From NCBI GenBank assembly GCA_913020445.1, contig CAJWAR010000002.1, positions 20,275 to 84,274 on the forward strand: a DNA stretch of 64,000 bases. The letters run 5' to 3'. Each line of letters begins with the position of its first letter. Position 1 is the stretch's first letter. The stretch is from an uncultured Rhodospirillaceae bacterium. Lineage in GTDB: Bacteria > Pseudomonadota > Alphaproteobacteria > Rhodospirillales > UBA2165. The notes below the pieces were generated by a model. That model did not search any database. It had not been told where the DNA came from and worked only from the letters and a program-made list of their open reading frames with translations. The translations under genes were made by a program, and so were the position numbers. Shown here piece after piece: positions 49,943 to 60,844 of this stretch.

Positions 49943-51361
49943 CTAATCCAGCCACACGATACGAAGAACATTGGTAGCACCGGGTGTGCCAAACGGCACG
50001 CCAGCGGTAATAATGAGACGCTGGCCTGGGGTAGCGAATTCTTCTTTCGCTGCAACTTCGATCGCACTATTAACCACATCGGCAAATTCGGTAAAATGCG
50101 ATGTTTCTACTGGATGAACACCCCAGGTCAACACCAGCCGACGGGCCGTTCTTATATCAGGCGTCAGTCCTAAAATAGGCACACTCGGGCGTTCCCGCGC
50201 GGCCCGCAATGTCGTCGAGCCCGTTGTCGTAAAGGTCACAATCGCCGCCGCATCCAACGTTTGGGCAACTTGTTTTGCCGCCGCAGTAATGGCATCTGCA
50301 TCCGTACCCCAGGTCTGCCGTCGTTCCCGCACATTTGATAATTTATAATGATCATCTTGCTCGGCACTACGGATAATCCGATCCATAATTGACACTGCTT
50401 CAACCGGGAAATCCCCAGCTGCTGTTTCAGCCGACAGCATAACCGCATCAGCGCCATCAAATACCGCCGTCGCGACATCCGATGCTTCAGCCCTCGTCGG
50501 CGTCGGTGAGGTAATCATGCTTTCTAACATTTGTGTCGCGACGATTACCGGCTTGCCCTCGGAGCGCGCGCGGCGAATAATTTTTTTCTGCAATCCAGGC
50601 ACATCTTCGGGCGGTGCTTCCACGCCAAGATCACCGCGGGCAACCATAATGGCATCAGACAGCTCAAGGATCTGCTTCAAGTGTTCAATGGCCAGGGGTT
50701 TTTCCATTTTAACCAAGACGCCGGCGCGTCCAGTAATCAGACGACGCGCTTCAGCAACATCATCCGGTCGCTGGACAAAGGAAAGCGCGATCCAATCGAC
50801 ACCAATATCGAGGGCAAACTGTAAATCATGCCGATCCTTTTCGGTCAACGCTGACATCGGTAAAATCGCACCCGGAATATTAATTCCCTTGTGATTGGAA
50901 AGCATGCCGCCAACCAGTACTTTGGTGTCGACTGAATCACCGTTATTCTGCTCTACCACCAGCTTTAACTTGCCGTCATCAAGCAAGAGCTCAATACCCG
51001 GCTCTAATGTGGGATAAATCTCCGGATTTGATATGGCCACGCGGTTTTCATCGCCATCCGTATCCTGGTCCGAATCAAGTGTAAATTTAGCGTCATTTAC
51101 GAGCTCAATTTTCTCCGTCACAAAATTGCCGACGCGGATTTTAGGACCCTGAAGATCGGCAATAATACCAATCGGCCGATCATATTCGGCTTCGATTTTG
51201 CGAATGGTGTCGTAGCGCTCTTTATGTTCCTCATGTGTGCCGTGGCTGAAGTTCAACCGAAAGACATCCGCACCAGCTTCAAATAATCTGGCGATTACTT
51301 CCGGAGATGTACTGGAGGGACCTAAAGTAGATATAATTTTTGCCGCACGTTCTCGTTTCAT
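49943..51361 (-). CDS. pyk: Pyruvate kinase
   Basis: TLGPS, RLNFSHG, DLQGPKIR, MVARGDLGVE, ATQMLESM..PTRAE..D, MLS.ETA.G. Confidence 0.97.
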   Translation of the reverse strand: MKRERAAKIISTLGPSSTSPEVIARLFEAGADVFRLNFSHGTHEEHKERYDTIRKIEAEYDRPIGIIADLQGPKIRVGNFVTEKIELVNDAKFTLDSDQDTDGDENRVAISNPEIYPTLEPGIELLLDDGKLKLVVEQNNGDSVDTKVLVGGMLSNHKGINIPGAILPMSALTEKDRHDLQFALDIGVDWIALSFVQRPDDVAEARRLITGRAGVLVKMEKPLAIEHLKQILELSDAIMVARGDLGVEAPPEDVPGLQKKIIRRARSEGKPVIVATQMLESMITSPTPTRAEASDVATAVFDGADAVMLSAETAAGDFPVEAVSIMDRIIRSAEQDDHYKLSNVRERRQTWGTDADAITAAAKQVAQTLDAAAIVTFTTTGSTTLRAARERPSVPILGLTPDIRTARRLVLTWGVHPVETSHFTEFADVVNSAIEVAAKEEFATPGQRLIITAGVPFGTPGATNVLRIVWLD

Positions 51362-51513
51362 ATAAACCAGCATAGGTGTTTTTCTATATATGTCACTTTA
51401 AAAAAAATCAGCTATACCACTCTCTTGAACTGGCCTTTTGGATTGCTACAGTGACAGGCCAGTTATCTTTCGGCTATGATTAGAAAAAGGAAATAACGGA
51501 TACTTTCACGATT

Positions 51514-51906
51514 ATGTTTGGCATTTTTTCCAAATCAAAAAAGCCCGCTGCGAAGAAAAAGAAGAAGTCGGGTTCCAAGAAAAAGAAGAAAACGGTAGCG
51601 CCGGCTGAACCCGTCACCGATTCTGGCGTCGAGACCCAACCGGAGACTGAATTACTTGACGGTGCGGTTGCCGCTGCTTCCACCATCAGTTCTGCTCAAG
51701 AAAAACTCGATCAGGCGAAAGAAAATTTAGCGGCAGGAAATTTTAAATCGAAGTCTTCACCTGCAGACAGGGCAGCTCTCATTGAGCAAGCTCTGGCTGT
51801 TCATAAAGTTCAGTCGAAACTGGTGGATGATTTGGGCGAGGATACTAAACAGCGCCTTCGCACCATTGCGAAGGAGAAAATTTTTAAAATTCAGCCTAAA
51901 AACTAA
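51514..51906 (+). CDS. Hypothetical protein with Lys-rich N-terminus
   Basis: 130-aa ORF filling the gap between pyk and cheZ; helical C-terminus. No family recognised. Confidence 0.7.
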   Translation: MFGIFSKSKKPAAKKKKKSGSKKKKKTVAPAEPVTDSGVETQPETELLDGAVAAASTISSAQEKLDQAKENLAAGNFKSKSSPADRAALIEQALAVHKVQSKLVDDLGEDTKQRLRTIAKEKIFKIQPKN

Positions 51907-52146
51907 ATGGTCTATTTCACTGCCGCTTTGACCAAAAATAGTTGAATTTATTACCGTATTTCGCTGTTAATACTTCTTCTAACCTATTGTTTCTATTGAA
52001 TTAATTAATCATTGCGCAATTAATCTGAAATAAAGCCTTTATCCAAGATGATTCAGACCTTATCTAAAGGTAAGTGATCAGTAGTCAGCTGACTATTCGA
52101 TCTGAGGTAGAAATTTTAAAATGTTAACTTTTAGTCGGAACGCAAC

Positions 52147-52677
52147 ATGACAGATTTTTCTGATGATGCAGCCTTAAAAAAGGAACTTGCTGGATTATTT
52201 CATTACATACAGCGTGTGCGCGTAGAAATTGCTGCCATTCATTATCCAGCGGATGACGAACATCGTTTTGAAAAAATGAGCGATCAATTAGATGCGATCG
52301 TCGAAACAACAAAAGCGGCCACCGACCAGATCATGGTGGCGGTCGAAGCAAATGAAGAACTGCTTAATGATTTGCGTTCGAGCGTAGCCGATGAAGATGC
52401 TTTGGCTAAAATCGATAAAATATCTGCTTCCAACTCCAGCTTGTTTGAAGCCTGCTCTTTTCAGGATTTAACCGGTCAAAGAATAACTAAAGTTGTGAAG
52501 TCGCTCACCTATGTTGAAGACCGTGTTGAATCCCTGATCGAAGCCTGGGGTAAACAGGAACTGGAAAAAATTGTTGTCAAAGGTGAGGATAAAACTGAAG
52601 ACGAGAAATTGATCCATGGACCACAGCGTCAGGATGAAGCGATCAGCCAGTCCGAAATCGACGCCCTTTTCGACTAA
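52147..52677 (+). CDS. cheZ: CheZ-like chemotaxis phosphatase (alphaproteobacterial type)
   Basis: QLDAIV..T..AT..IM, EACSFQDLTGQRI.KV, L.HGPQ, SQ.EIDALFD. Confidence 0.85.
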   Translation: MTDFSDDAALKKELAGLFHYIQRVRVEIAAIHYPADDEHRFEKMSDQLDAIVETTKAATDQIMVAVEANEELLNDLRSSVADEDALAKIDKISASNSSLFEACSFQDLTGQRITKVVKSLTYVEDRVESLIEAWGKQELEKIVVKGEDKTEDEKLIHGPQRQDEAISQSEIDALFD

Positions 52678-52689
52678 TCTTTTAATTAA

Positions 52690-53871
52690 TCAGCGAGTGA
52701 GTTCCCGCATGCCGTGATCCAGCCCATCAAGCGTGAGCGGATACATGCGATCTCCCATCAAGCGTTTGATCTCGCGAATTGTCGGCGTAACATGCCAATA
52801 ATCTTCCGGCACCGGATTGAGCCAGATGGAGCGGCTATAAATATCCAAAATACGGTTAAGCCAAACCGCACCTGGCTCTTCATTCCAATGCTCGACACTG
52901 CCGCCCGGATAAGAGATTTCGTAGGGGCTCATCGTCGCATCGCCAACAAATATCAATTTGTAGTCGGCGGGATAGGTATGCAGCACATCCCAGGTCATAA
53001 TCGAGTCGACATGACGGCGGTCATTATTTTTCCACACCCGCTCATACAAGCAGTTATGAAAATAATAATATTCGAGATGCTTAAATTCGCTGCGGACTGC
53101 CGAGAACAACTCCTCGCAGGTTTTAATGTGGTAATCCATTGAGCCGCCGATATCAAACAGGATCAGGACTTTGACGGCGTTGTGACGTTCCGGCACCATT
53201 TTAACATCCAGCAACCCGGCGTTTTTGGCGGTCGAATGAATAGTGTCCGGTAAATCCAATTCGGTTGCAGCGCCATCACGGGCAAAGCGGCGCAAGCGGC
53301 GGAGCGCCACTTTGATGTTGCGCGTGCCGATCTCAACCTGATCATCCAAGTTTTTAAACTGCCGTTTATCCCAGACTTTAACTGCCCGGCCATGACGGCC
53401 TTTGTCCTGACCGATCCGCACCCCTTCCGGGTTGTAGCCCATGGCGCCAAAAGGTGACGTACCACCGGTGCCGATCCATTTACTGCCGCCTTCGTGGCGC
53501 TTTTCTTGTTCTTCCAGACGTTTGCGCAGTTCTTCCATAAGTTTTTCAAAACCGCCCATGGCTTCGATCTCGGCCATTTCTTCCGGCGTCATGACGCGCT
53601 CAGCCAAGGAACGCAGCCACTCTTCAGGAATTTCGGCAACAAGGTCTTCTTCCGCCGTGAACTCCAGCCCTTCGAAACATTTGCCGAAAACTTGATCAAA
53701 TTTATCTAGATTGCGTTCATCCTTCACCAAGCACGAGCGGGCGAGATAATAAAAATCATCAACCTTGTATTCGGCAACGCCTTTTTCCACCGCCTCGAGC
53801 AGCGTCAAATATTCCCGCAGCGATACCGGAACCTTGGCGTCTCTTAGAGTTAGAAAAAAATCAGTGAACAT
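52690..53871 (-). CDS. VWA domain protein (CoxE-like partner of MoxR)
   Basis: GG.KWIGTGGTSPFG, D.GGSM, YFHNC.YE, VGDA.MSPYE, WLNP. Confidence 0.88.
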   Translation of the reverse strand: MFTDFFLTLRDAKVPVSLREYLTLLEAVEKGVAEYKVDDFYYLARSCLVKDERNLDKFDQVFGKCFEGLEFTAEEDLVAEIPEEWLRSLAERVMTPEEMAEIEAMGGFEKLMEELRKRLEEQEKRHEGGSKWIGTGGTSPFGAMGYNPEGVRIGQDKGRHGRAVKVWDKRQFKNLDDQVEIGTRNIKVALRRLRRFARDGAATELDLPDTIHSTAKNAGLLDVKMVPERHNAVKVLILFDIGGSMDYHIKTCEELFSAVRSEFKHLEYYYFHNCLYERVWKNNDRRHVDSIMTWDVLHTYPADYKLIFVGDATMSPYEISYPGGSVEHWNEEPGAVWLNRILDIYSRSIWLNPVPEDYWHVTPTIREIKRLMGDRMYPLTLDGLDHGMRELTR

Positions 53872-53906
53872 GACGATACCCTGTCAATTGGCTAGCGTTC
53901 TTCGGT

Positions 53907-54752
53907 CTAACGCTCTTCCTGGCGGTTGATGAAAGCGAGTTTCTCAAACAAATGAACATCTTGCTCATTTTTCAAAAGCGCGCCATAAAGCGGCGGGATA
54001 ATATCCTTGCCTTCCTTCATCCTGAGCGCTTCCGGCGGAATATCCTCGACCATCAACAACTTGATCCAATCGAGCAATTCTGACGTCGTCGGCTTTTTCT
54101 TGAGACCCGGCACATCACGCATGTCATAAAAAGCGTTCAGCGCCTCTCGCACGAGGTTCTTTTGAATATCCGGAAAATGTACATCGATAATTTCCTTCAT
54201 GATCTCCTGGTCCGGGAAGGCGATATAATGAAAAAAGCAGCGGCGCAGAAAGGCATCCGGCAATTCTTTTTCGTTATTGGAGGTAATGATCACAATCGGG
54301 CGCTGTTCAGCTTTAATTGTCTCACCGGTTTCATAGACGTGGAATTCCATGCGATCCAATTCAAGCAGGAGATCGTTGGGAAATTCAATATCGGCTTTGT
54401 CGATTTCATCGATCAACAATATCGGCAGATCATCGGAGCTAAAGGCATCCCACAATTTACCGCGCTTTATATAATTGGAGATTTCATGGACTTTCTCGTC
54501 GCCCAATTGAGAATCCCGCAAGCGCGACACCGCATCATACTCATAGAGCCCTTGCTGCGCTTTGGTGGTTGATTTGATGTGCCATTCGATCAGTGGCCGG
54601 CCGAGCGCCTCGGCGATCTCGTGAGCGAGCACAGTCTTACCCGTGCCGGGCTCACCTTTAACCAATAAGGGGCGTTCCAAGGCAATGGCGCCATTGACCG
54701 CTACCATTAGATCTTCGGTCGCGACATAATTATCGGTACCTGAAAACTTCAT
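53907..54752 (-). CDS. MoxR family AAA+ ATPase
   Basis: GEPGTGKT, LIDEIDKAD.EFPNDLL, TSNNEKELPDAFLRRC. Confidence 0.92.
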   Translation of the reverse strand: MKFSGTDNYVATEDLMVAVNGAIALERPLLVKGEPGTGKTVLAHEIAEALGRPLIEWHIKSTTKAQQGLYEYDAVSRLRDSQLGDEKVHEISNYIKRGKLWDAFSSDDLPILLIDEIDKADIEFPNDLLLELDRMEFHVYETGETIKAEQRPIVIITSNNEKELPDAFLRRCFFHYIAFPDQEIMKEIIDVHFPDIQKNLVREALNAFYDMRDVPGLKKKPTTSELLDWIKLLMVEDIPPEALRMKEGKDIIPPLYGALLKNEQDVHLFEKLAFINRQEER

Positions 54753-54774
54753 ATCTTAATATCCTTTGAATTAT

Positions 54775-57426
54775 CTACGCCGAAGCGCTAATCGCTTCTT
54801 CGATTGCATTAATGGCCGCCTCAGCATTGCCGCCATCGGGACCGCCAGCCTGGGCCATATCGGGGCGGCCACCGCCGCCTTTACCGCCGACCGCCTCGGA
54901 GCCGGCGCGCACCAGATCGACAGCGCTTAAACTTTCAGCCAGATCATCCGTCACACCTACCACCAGAGACGCTTTACCGTCATTAACACTGATCAAGGCA
55001 ACGACACCCGAGCCGACTTGTCCCTTAAGATCATCGGCCAGGCTTTTGAGATCTTTAGCCGGCACACCATCCAGGGTCTTGCCGGCAAATTTAATGCCAT
55101 TGATATCTTTTATATCTGAGGCGCTTCCTTCGCCGCCGCCGGTCGCCAGTTGACGTCGCAGCTCGGTGATTTCTTTTTCCAGTTTGCGGCGCTCATCAAG
55201 CAAGCTTTCGATGCGGCCCGGCACATCCGCTGGAGACACTTTTAAGACCGCCGCCGCATCGCTTAACGCCTTGGCTTCATCCGCTATATAGCTTTCAGCC
55301 GCCGCACCAGTGACCGCTTCGATGCGCCTGACACCTGCCGCAACGGCACTTTCGGAGACAATCCGAACCAAACCGATATCGCCCGTGCGGCGCGCATGAG
55401 TACCGCCGCAAAGCTCGGTCGAATAGGCTTCATTACCGCCCGACGTCCCCATCGCGACAACACGCACTTCGTCGCCATATTTCTCACCGAACAAGGCCGT
55501 GGCGCCGGCTTCAATCGCTTCATCCGGGGTCATCAGGCGGGTTGACACTTCGCTGTTATCCCTGACCTGGATATTGACCTGATCTTCAACGATAGAAAGC
55601 TCTTCCGCCGTCATGGCTTTGGGATGAGAGATATCAAAACGCAACCGCTCGCCAGCTACCAAAGAGCCTTTCTGGGCGACGTGATCACCGAGCTCGTTGC
55701 GCAAAGCCGCATGCAGCAAATGGGTTGCCGAGTGATGCGCCCGGAGCGCCGAACGGCGCGTGTGATCAACCTCCAGGAGAACGTCATCACCGACTTTGAG
55801 ACCGCCACCCGAAAGCGTGCCGAGGTGAACATGAAGATCACCGAGTTTCTTTTGAGTTTCGGTAATGCTTACGCTGGCGCCGCCCTCAATGGAAATCACG
55901 CCGGTGTCGCCTTCCTGACCACCGGACTCACCATAAAACGGGGTTTGGTTAAGGATAAGAGCAATCTCCGCGCCATCGGTTGCTTCGTCAACGACTTCCC
56001 CGTCTACGACCAGTGCAGTGATCTGGCCCTCCGCACTTTCAACCTCATAGCCCAAAAAATCAGTGGCGCCGGTTTGTTCGCGAATATCGAACCAGACTTG
56101 TTCGGTCGCCGCATCACCCGAGCCCGACCAGGCCGCCCTGGCATCGGCACGCTGTTTTTCCATCGCCGTATTGAAGCCGTCAAGATTAACACTAAAGCCC
56201 TGGCCGCGGAGCGCATCCTGGGTCAGATCAAGCGGGAAGCCGTAAGTATCATAAAGTTTAAACGCGACCTCGCCCGGCAACTCGCCACCAGCCGGTAACT
56301 TTTCAGTTTCTTCTGCTAACAATCCAAGACCGCGATCAAGCGTGCGCTTGAAGCGATTTTCTTCGAGTTCCAGAGTTTCCGTGATCAGGGCCTGTGCGCG
56401 GGTCAGTTCCGGGAAGGCCTGACCCATTTGCTGCACCAAGGTCGGCACCAGCTTGAACAACAGCGGGTCCTGGCAGCCCATCAGATGTGCGTGCCGCATT
56501 GCACGCCGCATGATGCGCCGGAGCACATAGCCGCGGCCTTCGTTCGACGGCAACACACCATCGGTGATGAGAAAACTGGTGGCCCTGAGATGATCAGCAA
56601 TGACCCGGTGGGATACATTGTGATCGCCCTCTGCCGGGGTGCCAGACATTTCAGCCGAGGCATTGATCAGCGCCTGGAACAAATCCGTTTCGTAATTATC
56701 ATGGGTGCCCTGCAGCACGGCGGAAATGCGCTCCAGCCCCATGCCCGTATCAATGCTGGGTTTGGGCAGATCAACACGCTCATCCGGTGTGACTTGCTCA
56801 AACTGCATAAAGACCAGGTTCCAAATCTCGATAAACCGGTCACCATCCTCGTCGGGTGAGCCGGGTGGTCCACCTGGAATATGTTCACCGTGATCAAAGA
56901 AAATCTCGGAACACGGACCACAGGGACCGGTCTCCCCCATTGACCAAAAATTATCACTGGTCGGAATACGAATTATCTTATCATCGGATAATCCGGCAAT
57001 TTTTTGCCAGAGATCAAACGCCTGATCATCTTCGGCAAAAACCGTAACCAGCAGCTTATCAGCCGGCAGACCGTATTCTTTGGTAATCAAATTCCAGGCG
57101 AGTTCGATAGCTTCATCTTTGAAATAATCGCCAAAGGAAAAATTACCCAGCATCTCAAAGAAGGTGTGGTGGCGGGCGGTGTAGCCGACATTTTCCAGAT
57201 CATTGTGTTTGCCGCCGGCGCGGACGCATTTTTGTGACGTCACGGCGCGGCTGTAGTCACGTGTTTCCTGACCGGTAAAGGTGTTTTTAAACTGCACCAT
57301 ACCGGCATTGGTAAACATCAAGGTTGGATCATTCTGCGGCACCAAGGACGAAGAAGAAACTACTTCATGACCATGCCTGGCGAAAAAATCCAAAAACAGC
57401 GTGCGAATATCGTTTGTCGACTGCAT
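54775..57426 (-). CDS. alaS: Alanine-tRNA ligase
   Basis: [63 protein letters not shown]. Confidence 0.98.
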   Translation of the reverse strand: MQSTNDIRTLFLDFFARHGHEVVSSSSLVPQNDPTLMFTNAGMVQFKNTFTGQETRDYSRAVTSQKCVRAGGKHNDLENVGYTARHHTFFEMLGNFSFGDYFKDEAIELAWNLITKEYGLPADKLLVTVFAEDDQAFDLWQKIAGLSDDKIIRIPTSDNFWSMGETGPCGPCSEIFFDHGEHIPGGPPGSPDEDGDRFIEIWNLVFMQFEQVTPDERVDLPKPSIDTGMGLERISAVLQGTHDNYETDLFQALINASAEMSGTPAEGDHNVSHRVIADHLRATSFLITDGVLPSNEGRGYVLRRIMRRAMRHAHLMGCQDPLLFKLVPTLVQQMGQAFPELTRAQALITETLELEENRFKRTLDRGLGLLAEETEKLPAGGELPGEVAFKLYDTYGFPLDLTQDALRGQGFSVNLDGFNTAMEKQRADARAAWSGSGDAATEQVWFDIREQTGATDFLGYEVESAEGQITALVVDGEVVDEATDGAEIALILNQTPFYGESGGQEGDTGVISIEGGASVSITETQKKLGDLHVHLGTLSGGGLKVGDDVLLEVDHTRRSALRAHHSATHLLHAALRNELGDHVAQKGSLVAGERLRFDISHPKAMTAEELSIVEDQVNIQVRDNSEVSTRLMTPDEAIEAGATALFGEKYGDEVRVVAMGTSGGNEAYSTELCGGTHARRTGDIGLVRIVSESAVAAGVRRIEAVTGAAAESYIADEAKALSDAAAVLKVSPADVPGRIESLLDERRKLEKEITELRRQLATGGGEGSASDIKDINGIKFAGKTLDGVPAKDLKSLADDLKGQVGSGVVALISVNDGKASLVVGVTDDLAESLSAVDLVRAGSEAVGGKGGGGRPDMAQAGGPDGGNAEAAINAIEEAISASA

Positions 57427-57542
57427 TGGGAAAAACCGTACCTTAATCTATGAGCGAACTTAGCTTTTGTTCCGCGCTTTTACCTCGCAAATCGGGGCAT
57501 GTCCAGGAATCGCATGGGTTTTCGGTCACGGATTCCGAATAC

Positions 57543-57578
57543 AAAAACGGCCTTTGAGGAGAACTCAAAGACCGTCTT
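57543..57578 (-). terminator. Rho-independent terminator of recA
   Basis: Minus strand ACGGTCTTTGAG-TTCTC-CTCAAAGGCCGT followed by a T-run. Confidence 0.75.
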
Positions 57579-57608
57579 CGCAAAGTTTATGTGATTGTTA
57601 GGAAATAA

Positions 57609-58733
57609 CTATTCACCGGCCTGCAGATCAGTATTCTCTGCGGTGCCTTCTATTTCTTCATCTTCCGCGTCATCATCGGCATCTGAATCCGGGGGCGTGA
57701 TCATATCATCCGCCAGCAAGCCGGCATTTGCGCGAATTTTAAGCTCAATATCCTCAGCCATTTCAGGATTCTCTTTGAGGAAAGTTTTGACATTTTCCCG
57801 GCCCTGACCAATCCGCTGGCTGTCATACGAGAACCACGAACCTGATTTCTCGACGATTTCCGCTTTGACACCGAGATCGATCAACTCACCCATCTTGGAA
57901 ATGCCTTCGCCATACATGATATCGAATTCGACGGTCTTAAACGGCGGCGCCACTTTATTTTTGACGACCTTGACCCGGGTGTGGTTACCGACAACGTCTT
58001 CTTTGTCCTTGATGGCGCCGATACGGCGGATATCGAGCCTTACGGAAGAATAAAATTTGAGCGCATTACCGCCACTGGTGGTTTCAGGGCTGCCAAACAT
58101 AACACCGATTTTCATGCGGATTTGGTTGATGAAAATAATCATAGTGTTTGATTTGGCCACCGACGACGTCAGTTTACGCAACGCCTGGCTCATCAGACGG
58201 GCCTGCAGGCCAACATGATGATCACCCATCTCGCCTTCAAGTTCAGCCCGCGGCACCAGGGCCGCGACACTATCGATGACCAAGACGTCGATGGCACCGG
58301 AGCGCACCAGCGTGTCGGCGATTTCCAAGGCCTGCTCACCGGCATCCGGCTGTGAAATCAGCAGTTCCTCAACATTGACGCCAAGCTTTTTGGCATAGCC
58401 CGGATCAAGTGCGTGTTCCGCATCAATGAAAGCACAAGTGCCGCCGGTTTTTTGCGCTTCGGCCACGACATGCAGAGAAAGCGTCGTTTTACCGGAACTC
58501 TCAGGCCCGTAAATTTCAATCACCCGGCCTTGTGGCAAGCCGCCGATGCCGAGCGCAATATCCAGACCGAGCGAGCCGGAGGATATCGCTTCAATATCGA
58601 GCGCATCCTGCTGGCCAAGTTTCATGATGGAGCCTTTGCCGAAATTGCGTTCAATCTGGCTTAAGGCAGCATCGAGTGCTTTTTCCTTATCGATGTCTTT
58701 TTTCTCCACGAGACGAAGTGCTGGTTCTGACAT
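57609..58733 (-). CDS. recA: Recombinase RecA
   Basis: [52 protein letters not shown] before ATG 58733. Confidence 0.99.
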   Translation of the reverse strand: MSEPALRLVEKKDIDKEKALDAALSQIERNFGKGSIMKLGQQDALDIEAISSGSLGLDIALGIGGLPQGRVIEIYGPESSGKTTLSLHVVAEAQKTGGTCAFIDAEHALDPGYAKKLGVNVEELLISQPDAGEQALEIADTLVRSGAIDVLVIDSVAALVPRAELEGEMGDHHVGLQARLMSQALRKLTSSVAKSNTMIIFINQIRMKIGVMFGSPETTSGGNALKFYSSVRLDIRRIGAIKDKEDVVGNHTRVKVVKNKVAPPFKTVEFDIMYGEGISKMGELIDLGVKAEIVEKSGSWFSYDSQRIGQGRENVKTFLKENPEMAEDIELKIRANAGLLADDMITPPDSDADDDAEDEEIEGTAENTDLQAGE

Positions 58734-58786
58734 TGAGTCCCCCTCCTTATTCCATAGCGTGTTGTTGAGTGCAACTAGTGGAATTT

Positions 58787-58801
58787 GTACTCTTTTTGTT
58801 C
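58787..58801. promoter_or_regulatory. Alphaproteobacterial LexA (SOS) box 1
   Basis: GTAC-TCTTTTT-GTTC (GAAC-N7-GTAC on the minus strand) upstream of recA. Confidence 0.85.
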
Positions 58802-58855
58802 TTTTACGCAAGTGTTTTTTATAACTTATTGATAATAATTAGTTATTTAAGTTAT

Positions 58856-58870
58856 GTTCCAAATACGTTC
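58856..58870. promoter_or_regulatory. Alphaproteobacterial LexA (SOS) box 2
   Basis: GTTC-CAAATAC-GTTC, exact GTTC-N7-GTTC. Confidence 0.75.
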
Positions 58871-59304
58871 ACACAAAATTGAGGCCAAATTCGCGATTAT
58901 GAGAACCGATCAAACAGCACTAAAATGCTTGATCTGATTCCCGTTCGGGAGGGTTATGGCGGGGCCAGAGGGGTTTTTTCTTCACAAAGTATAAAGAATA
59001 GGGATTGTCACTTGTAACATCTGAAATCATCAGGCCAATTTCAGTCGCATCTATCATAAAATGCGGACCTAAATGCTATTTGCTAAAATGTCTGCTTTAC
59101 CCTGGTGGTCTCAATTGATCGACGCAACACTTTATCTTAATTGGCAAGATGGAGTGTTTGGTTATGATTCTCAGCATGAACATTAGCGGAGACTGCGAAT
59201 CCGCAGCGAGAATTAACACACGATAGTGAAAACTAATGTATTTTTTTCCATTGAATTCACACGATTTAATCTTACATTTAGATGAATTCGATTGAGGCTA
59301 TAAC

Positions 59305-60042
59305 ATGGCTAAATTTGTGTTTAGATGTCTAGTCCTTATTCTTTCGCTAATGCTCACAACAATGGCGAATAACAACCAAAAAGCATACGCGCAAGAATCT
59401 CTGGTTTTCTCCAAACCCGGACCGCTCGATTATCATGCTCAAATTTCTGAAAACATTCTAAAAGAGGCCTATGCCCGTATCGGAATTAAGGTGACCACGA
59501 TGGAATTTCCTGGCGAGAGGGCGTTACGCGAGTCTAATTCAGGCAGGGTAGATGGCGAAGTTAATCGTATTCGAGGGATCGCAAAGAAGTATCAAAGTTT
59601 GCGGATCGTTCCTGTTGCCATTAACGCTCTTAAAGGCTCGGTTTTCACGAAAAATTCTAAAATCAAGCCGACAAGTTGGAAAGACCTGAGGGCATTTAGG
59701 ATCGGCCTGCGTCAAGGAGCTAAATATGCCGAATATGGAACAACAGGGATGAATGTCATCGCAGCGGCGACAAATAAAATGGTTTTTCGCATGTTGGACA
59801 GAAATCGGATTGATGTGGCTATCAGCACTGCTTTAGAAGGCTCTAATACGATCCGGATTTTGGGGTTAAAAGGAATTTCCATGGTAGAACAACCTCTGGT
59901 CACACTAGAATTGTTTCACTTTCTTCACGAGAAGCACGAAGCCCTAATAGCGCGAATTACGAAAGCTCTAGAGGCCATGGCACGAGAAGGACGTATCCAA
60001 AATATCAGGAATAAAACCTTCGAAGAACGACCTAATAATTGA
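59305..60042 (+). CDS. Orphan periplasmic solute-binding protein (family 3-like)
   Basis: Signal peptide; L.EAY..IG, P..RAL...N.G.VDGE..RI, ML...RID, L.H.LH.KH. Confidence 0.8.
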   Translation: MAKFVFRCLVLILSLMLTTMANNNQKAYAQESLVFSKPGPLDYHAQISENILKEAYARIGIKVTTMEFPGERALRESNSGRVDGEVNRIRGIAKKYQSLRIVPVAINALKGSVFTKNSKIKPTSWKDLRAFRIGLRQGAKYAEYGTTGMNVIAAATNKMVFRMLDRNRIDVAISTALEGSNTIRILGLKGISMVEQPLVTLELFHFLHEKHEALIARITKALEAMAREGRIQNIRNKTFEERPNN

Positions 60043-60050
60043 GCGCTTTC

Positions 60051-60178
60051 TAATTTGATGTCCGCTTTGGGTCAGAAGCTGCCGAAATTTGCTGTAGGTG
60101 TTTTCGACCGCTTTCGGAGGTAGAGCGGACGTCAAATTAATCCCGTCTGATGTCGGCCATTAGCCATAATCGGACGTT
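60051..60178. repeat. Cluster of degenerate GTCCGCT...AGCGGAC palindromic repeats
   Basis: TAATTTGATGTCCGCTTT (60051-60068) pairs with AGAGCGGACGTCAAATTA (60122-60139) at 16/18; further degenerate units lie inside and at ~60149-60178. Confidence 0.65.
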
Positions 60179-60198
60179 AGTCTGAGATAAAGTGTAGA

Positions 60199-60587
60199 TT
60201 AAGGCGCATGACAGATAAGTATATGCGCTTCAACATCTATAAGAAGAGGGAGCAATTCATTTTTAGCCTAAAAAGGGTTCATATAAACCGAATGAGCGTC
60301 GGCCGCCCAAACGCCCCAGTTAGCAATAATCGCTTTGTTCGAGTTGCTCAAAGCGATCGCCACACGCTGGTCTCCGGCGCCGAGCGCAATTAGTTTATTT
60401 TTGAGGCCCGCGACGCATCTTGCCTGTTTTTGATAGATGAGAACCTCATCGTCGCATATAAGTGCGACTCGATCGGGCGCGTTCGCCGACACGTCAGCGA
60501 GTAGGCGCAATAACGTTGGAAAGTCGGGTCGCTCTCGGCCCGGCAAAGACGAAGCGGCAGGCGTGCCGATTGATATAGAGTCCGCAT
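60199..60587 (-). pseudogene. N-terminal remnant of an AMP-binding acyl-CoA ligase
   Basis: PDRVALI...Y...A..L..LG...RVAI.L.NS...MNPF*AKNELLPLL.D; in-frame TAG where Tyr is expected, probable 5' frameshift, truncated before the P-loop. Confidence 0.75.
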
Positions 60588-60844
60588 GAATTTTCCCGGT
60601 CGGCCAGTATGAAAATAGGACGCATTTAATTTAAGCTATCGATACATCGGACGCGAGGGTTACGAACTCTAAAAAACAATAATTGCACATAAAAAAATTG
60701 ATTGCTCATTAAGCAAGTAAACGATAACCTCTCCATGGCGTATTGAAAAGATATTTTATAGCAAAATTTGGGGTGTTTCAGAGTATTGGTCACCTTAATT
60801 TTACGCTGAAAAAGTTTACCTTATAATGGAAAGAATTGGCTCCG

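Noticed and set aside
58734..58811. N-terminal extension of RecA in the ORF track (similarly tilS, tolB, ybgC, MFS)
   Set aside because: For recA a strong SD precedes ATG 58733 and the extension overlaps the LexA box. The others are longest-ORF artefacts.
58930..58980. tRNA-like or att-site remnant at the accessory boundary
   Set aside because: No cloverleaf, T-loop consensus or matching direct repeat found.
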